Positions 28,313 to 37,548 of a DNA stretch of 64,000 nt are shown piece after piece. The stretch comes from an uncultured Desulfurococcales archaeon (GTDB lineage Archaea; Thermoproteota; Thermoprotei_A; CAZTBM01; SZUA-1508). Each line of letters begins with the position of its first letter. Position 1 is the first letter of the stretch. The notes under the pieces were generated by a model, which was not told the origin of the DNA, ran no database searches, and saw only the letters and a program-made list of their open reading frames with translations. The DNA is taken from positions 692 through 64,691 of the forward strand of contig CAZTBM010000003.1 in the NCBI GenBank assembly GCA_964611985.1. The letters run 5' to 3'. A program made the position numbers and the translations under genes.

Positions 28313-29617
28313 TTGATAAACATGCGATTAATGCAGAGGGAGAAGGGAAAAAGAGAGATAACAGAGGAAATAGTTGATCAGAAATGCCTATATATTATAT
28401 CATTCCCCGCATATAATGAACTACTCGCTTCAGCTATACTTTTTCATAACCTTAGTCAACATAAATTTGATGTAAAATTACATATTACTCCATATATTCA
28501 AAAAGAGGCTTTCTCTAATCTCGATGCAGATACTCCTATAATGCTAATGGGGTTCTCCAATAAATCCTTAGATAACTTGAAAGACTACTTTAAATATATC
28601 ATGCTGCTTGAGCATGCTAAGCCTCCAAGAAGAGAGGTTAAACGAATTATGGGGGGTTACTCTATTTCAAAAGCCGAGAACTTTTGTATACATGCTATTA
28701 AACTTTTAGATAAGATAATAGGCTCTAAGAATGTTGATACTAAAGCTTATATTACATTACTTGAGTCTTTAGCCTTCTCAGAATTATCTGATAGAGAAAG
28801 AGAGATAATAAAAAACATAGAAAAAACCGAATCTATGGAGTCAAAAATCACAGTAAAGCTCTTTGGCTTCGAATACAAACCATTATGTCAAGCACTGCAT
28901 GATACGGTAAGACCCTTCATTCCTGAACTAACAGGCAACATAGAAAATTGTATGAGTTTCATAAGAAGCATAGGCATAAATAATATTTACATAAAGTCAA
29001 CACAAATACCCGAAGAAGCACTTACAAACTTAGTCAAATCGCTCTTTACTAAACTAAAGAAGTATAGTAAAAAGGAGCGTAAGCCAAGTGAAATCTTAGG
29101 TGAAGTATTTTACCTTAGTAAAACTAACATATTAGCTGATATAAGAGAAAGAGCTTCAGCATTAAAGTACATACTAGATGTTAAAGGCCCAGAAATAGTA
29201 GCTCTACATTGTATCAGCGATTATTATCTAGGCCTAATGGTAAAGATTTTTGAAAAGCTACCACCACTACTAGCTGAAGCATACAAGAATACTAATGAAG
29301 TGAAGTACTTAGACTTCAAAATAATATATGTACATAGGTTAAAGGAGAAACCACCACTCACACTACTTTATGACGCCCTTGCAGACTTAGGCCTCTTAGA
29401 TGAGAGTAGATCAATAATACTAGAGAAACACGAAGAACTATACACTATACCCCACTATGTTCTCCGAAATATCATAGTAGACTATGATGTCTTCTTGACC
29501 AAGAATAAGCCTCTTAAAGAAATAATTCAAAGCATTAATAACTACTCATTATCTCTCTCTGGAGATTCAGATCTTATGAAGTTAATCAAGAATATAAAGT
29601 CATGGGAGATGAAGTAA
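28313..29617 (+). CDS. RecJ/Cdc45-like protein with degenerate DHH motifs (crenarchaeal RecJdbh-type, tentative)
   Basis: 434 aa directly after rps15, the neighbourhood reported for archaeal RecJ/Cdc45 homologues. FPAYNELLASAIL replaces the DxD motif, and LLEHAKP sits where (I/V)DHH is expected. No GGGH motif. Confidence 0.4.
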   Translation: MINMRLMQREKGKREITEEIVDQKCLYIISFPAYNELLASAILFHNLSQHKFDVKLHITPYIQKEAFSNLDADTPIMLMGFSNKSLDNLKDYFKYIMLLEHAKPPRREVKRIMGGYSISKAENFCIHAIKLLDKIIGSKNVDTKAYITLLESLAFSELSDREREIIKNIEKTESMESKITVKLFGFEYKPLCQALHDTVRPFIPELTGNIENCMSFIRSIGINNIYIKSTQIPEEALTNLVKSLFTKLKKYSKKERKPSEILGEVFYLSKTNILADIRERASALKYILDVKGPEIVALHCISDYYLGLMVKIFEKLPPLLAEAYKNTNEVKYLDFKIIYVHRLKEKPPLTLLYDALADLGLLDESRSIILEKHEELYTIPHYVLRNIIVDYDVFLTKNKPLKEIIQSINNYSLSLSGDSDLMKLIKNIKSWEMK

Positions 29618-29880
29618 TGATTAGAGCAGAAATAAACTATACCACGAACAATAAAAAATTACTTTATGCCATAAATAAGGCTTTAAGCCCTGATAATAAA
29701 AAGACGCCGCCACATATGGTTATAAAAAGTAAAGTGCAAAATAACACACTCACTATTATCTTACTTATTGAGGGGTACGATAATAAGATAGGAACATTAC
29801 TCAACACATTAGATGAGATACTCGCATTGATGAAGAGTGTGGAAAAGACAATAATGGTAGTCAATAAGGATTGTGAGTGA
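29602..29880 (+). CDS. Pcc1/CTAG-family small protein, divergent paralogue (Pcc2-like candidate)
   Basis: 92 aa with IRAEINY....LLYAINKALSPDN...LTIILLIEGYDNKIGTLLNTLDEILALM. This follows the Pcc1 beta-beta-beta-alpha pattern but lacks the LRAxxNSYLRW signature seen at 45294. Confidence 0.45.
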   Translation: MGDEVMIRAEINYTTNNKKLLYAINKALSPDNKKTPPHMVIKSKVQNNTLTIILLIEGYDNKIGTLLNTLDEILALMKSVEKTIMVVNKDCE

Positions 29881-29943
29881 AAAATATATTTAGGTCAGAA
29901 TAATTTTTACTAAGCCAGAACAAATAATGGTAGGGATAACGGC

Positions 29944-30630
29944 GTGTCAAGTAGAGCTAGAGTTAAAGTTAAGGATAAATGGAGATTAAAAGAATGGTAT
30001 ACTATAATAGCACCACCAGTATTTGGAGAAGCTACACTAGGTACCACACCAGCAGATGATCCACTAAAACTTATAGGTAGAGTAATTGAGACAACATTAT
30101 ATGATCTCACGGGAGACTTTACATTACTCCATGTCAGATTACATTTTCAAATAATCAAGGTTGTTGGAAAGAAGTGTATAACTAGATTCAAGGGTCATGA
30201 GCTAGCAAGAGACTATGTTAAAAGCCTTATAAGAAGGAGAAGTAGCAAAGTGCAAGGCATATTCAATGTAGTCACGAAAGACGGGTATGAACTAAGAATC
30301 ACCGCAATGGCGCTTACATCATATAGAGCTAAAACATCACAAAAGAGGGCGATAAGGAAGATTATGCAAGACATTATAACTAAGAGAGCGGCAGAAATGA
30401 CGCTAAATGAGCTAATACAAGCAATGGTATTTGGTAAGCTTTCAACAGAAATATTTAATGAAGCTAAGAAGATATATCCATTAAGAAAGGTCGAAATTGC
30501 AAAATCAAAACTATTAAAGATACCGACACCTGAAGGTCCGAAACCAGCCATAGTAATCTCACCATTAATGTTGAAGGGTAAAGAGGCGGAGCTATTAAAG
30601 AAGGAAGTTATTGTAGAATCAGAGTCTTGA
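29944..30630 (+). CDS. rps3ae: 30S ribosomal protein S3Ae (eS1)
   Basis: 228 aa, GTG start, with KDKWRLKEWYTIIAPPVFG...GRVIETTLYDLTGD. Confidence 0.93.
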   Translation: MSSRARVKVKDKWRLKEWYTIIAPPVFGEATLGTTPADDPLKLIGRVIETTLYDLTGDFTLLHVRLHFQIIKVVGKKCITRFKGHELARDYVKSLIRRRSSKVQGIFNVVTKDGYELRITAMALTSYRAKTSQKRAIRKIMQDIITKRAAEMTLNELIQAMVFGKLSTEIFNEAKKIYPLRKVEIAKSKLLKIPTPEGPKPAIVISPLMLKGKEAELLKKEVIVESES

Positions 30631-30793
30631 CAACAAAATAACTAAAAGTTAAAATTTATACCTCTTAAAACCATATTCTATCCCAATATCAAATTTCATA
30701 CTTTATTATCTAAATCTAAATACAATACAGTATTAATTAGTTTCTTATCTTAAAAATAATTAAGTACAGCTTATACCACATTTAAGATTACTG

Positions 30794-31876
30794 GTGACAA
30801 CTGTGACCAGAGAACATTGTAATATTGATGTTATAGTGAAGACTCTTAAGGGATTAGAGAATACTGTTGTCTCATACATTAGTGAGTTGGATGAAAGCGC
30901 AACAATTGAACCTAAACCTAAGGGTTTTATGGGTATAGTTCTTGTTCGAAATTGTAAAAATAAGTATGAACTGGCTGAAAAAATAAAGGCAAGTATACCA
31001 GAAGCCGAAAAAGTACTCGTTGTTGAGGCCTGTATAAAGGCAGAGCCTGAAGTGATAGCTAAAAAAGCTGCCGAAATCGCTAAAGGTAAGATAGGCCCTA
31101 ATGAAACATTTGCTGTAAGGACTGTACGGAGAGGTAGCCACAATTACACAAGTATTGATGTTAACGTGATTGTCGGAGATTATGTAAGAAAAGCAACTAA
31201 TGCTTCTGTTAACCTCTCTTACCCTGATAAGGTTGTTGCAGTTGAGATATTTCAGGATGAGGCAACCATATCCATATATCCTGGAGCTGAGGAATATAAG
31301 AAAATGAAACCTGGAAAAAGACCTGTAATAGATATTTTAAGTAAGATGAGCATAGTCCAAATGCCTTACTTAGGTCCACTCGATGCAGCTAAAACTATGG
31401 GTGTTAGGATAGGGAGGGAAGTTCAGACATTTGAAGTAAGGGAATTAGTGATATCTCCTATAGGACTTGTTGACGCCTGCCAACTTAAAACATTCCTAGA
31501 GGGGGTTTTTGAGGGTATAGAATCGAGATATAGAATTCAGATTAAAAGTTATGCTAGAAAGGTTAGAAAGGTACCTGTATACGTTCAAGACTTATATCAG
31601 CTTGTGAGAAGCAGATTTAATGAACCAATAATAGTATTTGAGCCTGAAGGCGACTACATAGCTCATAAAAGGAAGGAACTTAAAGAAATGCTTTTTAATA
31701 GAAAAATTAAACGAATAAACATACTTGTAGGATCAAGAGAAGGTATACCATCGGGCCTATATAGATTTGCAGATTTGGTGCTTGATATATGTCCAGGGGT
31801 AACTATTTCAACAGACTATGCAGCAGCCTCTGCAATTATGGCCATTCTTACAGTTATAGGTGACAGTGAGGTGTAA
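30794..31876 (+). CDS. THUMP domain fused to a SPOUT-class methyltransferase domain (AF2226-like predicted RNA methylase)
   Basis: 360 aa. THUMP-like ETFAVRTVRRGSHNYTSIDVNVIVGDYV. C-terminal knot-like INILVGSREGIPSGLYRFADLVLDICPGVTISTDYAAASAI. Confidence 0.6.
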   Translation: MTTVTREHCNIDVIVKTLKGLENTVVSYISELDESATIEPKPKGFMGIVLVRNCKNKYELAEKIKASIPEAEKVLVVEACIKAEPEVIAKKAAEIAKGKIGPNETFAVRTVRRGSHNYTSIDVNVIVGDYVRKATNASVNLSYPDKVVAVEIFQDEATISIYPGAEEYKKMKPGKRPVIDILSKMSIVQMPYLGPLDAAKTMGVRIGREVQTFEVRELVISPIGLVDACQLKTFLEGVFEGIESRYRIQIKSYARKVRKVPVYVQDLYQLVRSRFNEPIIVFEPEGDYIAHKRKELKEMLFNRKIKRINILVGSREGIPSGLYRFADLVLDICPGVTISTDYAAASAIMAILTVIGDSEV

Positions 31877-31883
31877 AAACTCA

Positions 31884-33173
31884 ATGCAGGCGGTAATTTT
31901 AGCAGCAGGTAAGGGAGAGAGATTAGAACCATTCACATATACTAAACCTAAGTCACTAATTCCCATACTAGACAGGCCGTTAATAGACTATATACTCGAA
32001 AATCTCAAACTCTTAGGTATAAAGGAAGTAATAATGGTTGTTTCACACTTAAAAGATAAGATAAAAGAGTACTTAGGACAAGGAGAAAGGTATAACATAA
32101 AAATACATTATGTTACGCAAGAACAACCCTTGGGCACCGGACATGCACTTAAGGTGGTAAAAGAGTATGTTAAACCACCATTTCTACTATACTATGGGGA
32201 TATAATAGTATCTTCACAGTACTTATCCAACATTCTAGCACTCAAAGAGAAAGGCCACTTAGTTATGGCTGCTGTTAAAACAGACAGGCCATGGGACTAT
32301 GGTGTCCTTAATATTAAAGATGACATGGTTCTTGACATAGTTGAGAAACCTGAAAAGGGCAAAGAACCCTCAAACTTAATTAATGCTGGAGTATATATGG
32401 TGACCGATGTATTATTAGAGTATGTTGATAAAATATCTTTGTCCCCTAGAGGAGAGTATGAATTAACAGATGCGATAAAAATGATGATCAAAGATGGGTA
32501 TAAAGTATTATTCACTGAAATCCCACGTAATGAGTGGTTTGAGTTAGGAAAAGTATGGGATATTCTTGAAATAAACAAGATTTTCCTCACACGTTTATTA
32601 CGGTCAAGTAAAGATAGTGTAATTAAGGGTGAAGCGAGTGATAAAGCGACGATAAAGGGACCGGTATACATTAGTGAGGGAGCAAAGATATTGAGTGGTG
32701 TTTACATTGAAGGACCTGTCTTCGTAGGTAAGGATGCGAAAATAGGCCCCAACTCTTATATAAGGCCTTATAGTGTTATTGGTAGGAAAAGTAGGATAGG
32801 AAACGCATGTGAGGTAAAGGCAAGCGTTATAATGGATAATGCGCATGCAGCACATTTAAGCTATATAGGTGATAGTGTAATCGGGAGTTATGCAAACCTA
32901 GGAGCTGGTACAATAACAGCTAACCTCAGATTTGATGATAAAACAGTTAAAGTTACACTTAAAGGTAAGAGGGTTGATAGTGGGAGAAGAAAACTAGGTG
33001 CTCTTATAGGAGATTACGTTAAGACAGGTATAAATGTATCATTAATGCCGGGCGTAAAGGTAGGAGCATATTCATGGATTGCCCCAGGAGCAATAGTATA
33101 TGAGGATATTCCTCCAAAATCGTTTTACAAACAAGTTAGCTCAATATTTAAGATAGTACCTTTGCATATCTAA
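31884..33173 (+). CDS. Sugar-1-phosphate nucleotidylyltransferase with C-terminal left-handed beta-helix acetyltransferase domain (GlmU/ST0452-like)
   Basis: MQAVILAAGKGERL...PKSLIP N-terminus, then hexapeptide repeats (IGDSVIGSYANLGAGT..., GDYVKTGINVSL). Start set at ATG 31884; the track GTG 31860 overlaps the upstream gene. Confidence 0.8.
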   Translation: MQAVILAAGKGERLEPFTYTKPKSLIPILDRPLIDYILENLKLLGIKEVIMVVSHLKDKIKEYLGQGERYNIKIHYVTQEQPLGTGHALKVVKEYVKPPFLLYYGDIIVSSQYLSNILALKEKGHLVMAAVKTDRPWDYGVLNIKDDMVLDIVEKPEKGKEPSNLINAGVYMVTDVLLEYVDKISLSPRGEYELTDAIKMMIKDGYKVLFTEIPRNEWFELGKVWDILEINKIFLTRLLRSSKDSVIKGEASDKATIKGPVYISEGAKILSGVYIEGPVFVGKDAKIGPNSYIRPYSVIGRKSRIGNACEVKASVIMDNAHAAHLSYIGDSVIGSYANLGAGTITANLRFDDKTVKVTLKGKRVDSGRRKLGALIGDYVKTGINVSLMPGVKVGAYSWIAPGAIVYEDIPPKSFYKQVSSIFKIVPLHI

Positions 33174-33183
33174 TGTTGGCCTG

Positions 33184-34827
33184 TTGATTATCATGGTTAA
33201 AGAAGCGAATATTATAATAAAGAACCATAGAAGAATGGACTTGAAAGTAGCTATAGTATATCCTTCAGTTTATAGAGCTGCTATTTCAAGTCTTTCAACA
33301 CACATGCTCTACTATTACTTAAACTCTCTAGAGTTCGTTGTTGCAGAAAGAGTAGTAATGGATGTAAGTAGGAAAGGAGGCACCTACATTACCTTAGAAA
33401 GTGGTTTACCTCTGAAAAGATTTGACATAATATTATTTAGTGTTCACTATGAATTAGACTACGTGAATATTATTGATATTCTATATCACTCAAAAATACA
33501 GATATTATCGAGTAAAAGAGGGAAAAGTGATCCTATCATAATAGTTGGTGGCCCCTCAGTTACAGCTAATCCGGAGCCTATAGCTGACTTTGCTGATGTA
33601 GTGGTAATTGGTGAAATGGAACCAGCATTAGAAACGATCGTTAACGAGTATTGTGGGGCACTTTCAAGAAAAGACTTTATAGATAGACTTGTAAGCAAGG
33701 AAGGTATGTATATACCGGCTTATGGCAGGCATAAGGTAAGAAAGGCATGGGTTAAGGATGGGTCCTTAAAAAATGCGTTTACACCAATAGAGGAGATTCA
33801 ACCCCTGGAGGAAAAATATTATCCCATATACGGTAGAGCCTACTTAATAGAGATTTCTAGAGGGTGTGGGTTTGGATGTAGATTCTGTTTACTTGATCAT
33901 ATTTCCAGACCTCCACGATACAAAGATTACAATATTATCGTGGACTCCATAAGTAAAGGTATTGAGGTAAATAAAGTCCGCAAAGTAGTACTAGTGGCTT
34001 CATCTCCTTTAAGTCATCCTAAAGCTAGAGATCTTTTACAGTTTTTAGTAAATGATTTAGCTGTCGAATTATCCTTACCATCTTTAAGAGCTGATACGTT
34101 AAATGAGGAAAAACTACATTTGATACATCAAGGCAAACAGAGAACATTAACGCTAGCACCCGAAGTAGCCACAGATACGCTAAGGAGAGCTATAAACAAG
34201 AAGATTTCGAATACATACTTCTTTAAAATAGCTAAGACGGCATGGGATATAGGTTTTAGGAAACTTAAACTTTACTTTTTATTTAACATTCCAGGTGAAA
34301 CCAGAGACGACCTAGATGCTATATCGCAAATGGTAAGTGAGTTAACCAAACTTGGATACAATTATAGTGGTGCATTACATATATCACTAAATCCGCTCAT
34401 CCCTAAAGCACAAACGCCTCTTCAGTGGATGACAATACCCACTCTTGAGGATTTACGTAGAAAAAGTAAGTACTTAAAGGATAAACTACGTTCAAGTATT
34501 GTGAGACTCGATGTACTGGATCCTAAGTGGTCTCTCATACAGGCAATACTGTCTTTAAGTGGAAGAGGTGCATCAAGACTTATAGTAAAATGGTTTGAAT
34601 ATGGTAAAGGATTGAGTGGCTGGAGTAAAGCTATCAGAGATGAAGCCCTCATAGTTAAGGATATTAGAGATAGAAAGCCCTATGACCCCCTACCATGGGA
34701 CCATATAGATTTAGGTTTAGGTAGGGACTATCTTAAAATAGAGTGGGAGCTATATTGTAAGCGGGAATGGTCTCCACCATGCTTTACAGGCTGCTCAAGA
34801 TGCAGACTATGTGAAGAGATGGAATAA
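33184..34827 (+). CDS. Radical SAM protein with N-terminal B12-binding-like domain and C-terminal Cys cluster
   Basis: 547 aa. CxxxCxxC is present as SRGCGFGCRFC. N-terminal DIILFSV...IIVGGP layout. C-terminal CFTGCSRCRLC. Start may be ATG 33193. Confidence 0.8.
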   Translation: MIIMVKEANIIIKNHRRMDLKVAIVYPSVYRAAISSLSTHMLYYYLNSLEFVVAERVVMDVSRKGGTYITLESGLPLKRFDIILFSVHYELDYVNIIDILYHSKIQILSSKRGKSDPIIIVGGPSVTANPEPIADFADVVVIGEMEPALETIVNEYCGALSRKDFIDRLVSKEGMYIPAYGRHKVRKAWVKDGSLKNAFTPIEEIQPLEEKYYPIYGRAYLIEISRGCGFGCRFCLLDHISRPPRYKDYNIIVDSISKGIEVNKVRKVVLVASSPLSHPKARDLLQFLVNDLAVELSLPSLRADTLNEEKLHLIHQGKQRTLTLAPEVATDTLRRAINKKISNTYFFKIAKTAWDIGFRKLKLYFLFNIPGETRDDLDAISQMVSELTKLGYNYSGALHISLNPLIPKAQTPLQWMTIPTLEDLRRKSKYLKDKLRSSIVRLDVLDPKWSLIQAILSLSGRGASRLIVKWFEYGKGLSGWSKAIRDEALIVKDIRDRKPYDPLPWDHIDLGLGRDYLKIEWELYCKREWSPPCFTGCSRCRLCEEME

Positions 34828-34829
34828 GC

Positions 34830-35183
34830 ATGCAGAGGAGAAGAAGAACTATAGAAATGGATATCGAAGAGTTTAGAAAGAATTTTCCAAATTTAGCAAA
34901 AGAAATGCTAGATGAAAAAGAGGTTAAAATGAAAGTATACTTTAAGAAATGTAAGAAGCGCGACGATCCTTGGAAAGGGTATAATCCAACAGTCATAGAC
35001 TTCATTCGTAGAGCAAGAACAGAAGATGAAGCTCTAGAGGTTATAAACTTCATGGAGAAAAGAGGAGAGATATCTAAAGAGTACGCTGAGCAACTTAGAA
35101 AACAATTAAAAGAGAAGGGATTAAGATCATTCGGCAGTTATAAGGAGCCAGGCTATTACTTTAAGAAAGCTGGTATAGTTTAG
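34830..35183 (+). CDS. Conserved archaeal hypothetical protein (DUF2095-like, tentative)
   Basis: 117 aa with DPWKGYNPTVIDFIRRARTEDEALEVINFMEKRGEIS...GLRSFG..KEPGYYF. Starts 2 nt after the radical SAM stop. Confidence 0.4.
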   Translation: MQRRRRTIEMDIEEFRKNFPNLAKEMLDEKEVKMKVYFKKCKKRDDPWKGYNPTVIDFIRRARTEDEALEVINFMEKRGEISKEYAEQLRKQLKEKGLRSFGSYKEPGYYFKKAGIV

Positions 35184-35184
35184 G

Positions 35185-36414
35185 TCACTTTCTAGCCTTA
35201 GCTGCAACAATTTTTACGATATCATTATCCTTTAGAATGTAGTCCTCACCTAGTCTTCTTTTAGTTCTAGCGTCAATGGCGTAGAGAAAGGTTTTACCAA
35301 GGTCAGTATGTATTTTATAGGCGAACTCTCTAACTGTTGTACCTCTTTTAACTAAAAATGCATCAGGTAACACTCTGCCTTCATGGTCAGTAAGTTTGTT
35401 ATGATCTTCAACAGGATACACTACTATCATGTCAAGTAGTTTGAAGAATGCATCATTAATTGTTTGTTGAACTCCCGTAGATCCCCAGACTTTGAGTACT
35501 CTCTCTTCAATATACTTTAGTGCTCTAAGTTGCTCACTAGTTAGTTGCTCTTTCTTCACAATCTCAAATGAGGAATCACCTGGAGTATACTTTATCAAAC
35601 CCTTAGTTGCAGCTTTTCTAAGCGCTAATTCTGATAAAGCTGATACAGGAACCATTATGTGATCTTTTAACTCCCTCTGTAATTTCTTGATGTTATCAAT
35701 AGCCTCGGGTATGTCGGCTTTATTTGCTGCAACTATCATGGGCTTTGCTGTCTTCCTAATCTCACTAGCAAGAAGTTGTAGTTCTTCATCTCTAATACTA
35801 CTCGCCTTGACATTATCTAGACCTGTCTTTTTAAGTGCCTTAATTATAGCAAGGCGGTCTATAGACAGGCCAGCTAGTCTATCAGCTATGGCTTCTTCTA
35901 ATTTTTTCATACCACTATCTACTTGTCTAGTAAGTTTCTGCCAATCCTTCTTTAATATTTGATACAGCCATATGTCTACCTCTCTTTCAATGTTCAAAAC
36001 GTCCTCTAATGGATCATGTGTTCCTGGAGGTACAGGTCTACCTTCATCATCTGTTCCACCAGATGCATCAATAACATGTATTAGGGCATCGGCTTGTCTA
36101 AGGTCGTCCAAGAATTTATTTCCTAAGCCTCTACCCTTATGGGCTCCCGGAATGAGACCAGCTACATCAACAAGTTTTACAGGTATAAATCGTTCACCAT
36201 TAATGCAAAGTGAATTTCTCGGATTATCCTTTACACCTAGTTCTCTACAGACACACTTCTTCCTCAAATAGGCTATACCAATATTAGGCTCTATAGTAGT
36301 AAATGGTCTATTTGAGATTTCAACATGAAGTAAAGTGGCGGCAGCGAAGAAGGTACTTTTCCCCACATTAGTCTTCCCTATTACGCCAACGAGTGGAGGC
36401 ATTTCAGGCACCAC
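35185..36414 (-). CDS. ychF: YchF/OLA1-family P-loop NTPase with C-terminal TGS-like domain
   Basis: 409 aa with GVIGKTNVGKSTFF, RPFTTIEPNIG, VDVAGLIPGAHKG.GLGN and C-terminal LKDNDIVKI. Confidence 0.8.
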   Translation of the reverse strand: MVPEMPPLVGVIGKTNVGKSTFFAAATLLHVEISNRPFTTIEPNIGIAYLRKKCVCRELGVKDNPRNSLCINGERFIPVKLVDVAGLIPGAHKGRGLGNKFLDDLRQADALIHVIDASGGTDDEGRPVPPGTHDPLEDVLNIEREVDIWLYQILKKDWQKLTRQVDSGMKKLEEAIADRLAGLSIDRLAIIKALKKTGLDNVKASSIRDEELQLLASEIRKTAKPMIVAANKADIPEAIDNIKKLQRELKDHIMVPVSALSELALRKAATKGLIKYTPGDSSFEIVKKEQLTSEQLRALKYIEERVLKVWGSTGVQQTINDAFFKLLDMIVVYPVEDHNKLTDHEGRVLPDAFLVKRGTTVREFAYKIHTDLGKTFLYAIDARTKRRLGEDYILKDNDIVKIVAAKARK

Positions 36415-36473
36415 ACTATATAGTTAGTTAGAAATAATTATATCTTGTAGTATAAAAACTAGTAACAGAGGGA

Positions 36474-37415
36474 TTGATTATGAGTAGTATTAAGGTTTTA
36501 ATATCAGACCCCATAAGCAAGAAGGCCATAGATTTCTTAAGGAGCAAAGGATTACAAGTTGATGAAAAGCCGGATATATCCCATGAAGAATTAAGGCAAA
36601 CCATAGAACCATATCACGTGCTCATAGTTAGAAGTAGGACAAAAGTAACTAAAGACATAATTGATGCTGGAAAGAACCTAAAGATAATCGCTAGAGCAGG
36701 TGTAGGACTAGACAACATTGACGTCGAATACGCTAAGAGTAAAGGCATAACTATACTCAATGCTCCAGAAGCTCCAACAATAGCAGTAGCAGAGTTAACT
36801 ATGGGACTTATTTTAACTATAGCAAGAGGCATTTGTTTAGGAAATCAAGCATTAAAAGAGGGTAAATGGATAAAGAAACAACTAGTAGGATTTGAACTCT
36901 ATGGAAAAACCCTTGGAATAATAGGGTTTGGTAGAATAGGTAAAGAAGTGACTAAAAGAGCAAAAGCATTTGGTATGCGAGTATTAGCGTATTCCAAAGG
37001 TGACATCAGTCAAGAAGCTAGTGAGCTTGGTGCAGAAGTTGCAAAAGATCTTACCGACTTACTTAGAAATTCAGATATTATATCACTTCATGTCCCATTA
37101 ACCCCAGAAACCTACCATATGATTAGTGAGAAAGAATTTAACATTATGAAAGACGGCGTAGTCATAATTAATACTGCTAGAGGAGCTGTAATAGACGGAA
37201 AAGCCCTCCTAAAAGCTCTAAATACAGGAAAAGTCTATGCCGCTGGACTAGACGTCTATGAGCATGAGCCGCCACAAGAAGATTGGGAATGGGAGCTAGT
37301 AAGACACCCAAGAGTTATAGCGGTACCCCATATCGGAGCGCAAACAAAAGAAGCTCAAGAGAAGGCAGGACTTATAATAGCAGAAAAGATACTAAAGACT
37401 CTAGGCATTGAATAA
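36474..37415 (+). CDS. D-isomer-specific 2-hydroxyacid dehydrogenase (SerA/glyoxylate reductase-like, no ACT domain)
   Basis: 313 aa with the NAD motif GIIGFGRIGKEV and the catalytic region INTARG...D...L, PHIGAQT. Confidence 0.8.
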   Translation: MIMSSIKVLISDPISKKAIDFLRSKGLQVDEKPDISHEELRQTIEPYHVLIVRSRTKVTKDIIDAGKNLKIIARAGVGLDNIDVEYAKSKGITILNAPEAPTIAVAELTMGLILTIARGICLGNQALKEGKWIKKQLVGFELYGKTLGIIGFGRIGKEVTKRAKAFGMRVLAYSKGDISQEASELGAEVAKDLTDLLRNSDIISLHVPLTPETYHMISEKEFNIMKDGVVIINTARGAVIDGKALLKALNTGKVYAAGLDVYEHEPPQEDWEWELVRHPRVIAVPHIGAQTKEAQEKAGLIIAEKILKTLGIE

Positions 37416-37548
37416 TTTGGTACATTCCCATAGAGTGATTATCCACCACTCTTCATGGTAATTAAGTTAAGTAGGAAAATGATATATATAGCTGGATTTA
37501 ATGTAGACTAGAACAAAGTGAGAAGAATAAACAAAGGTGCAATAAAGA

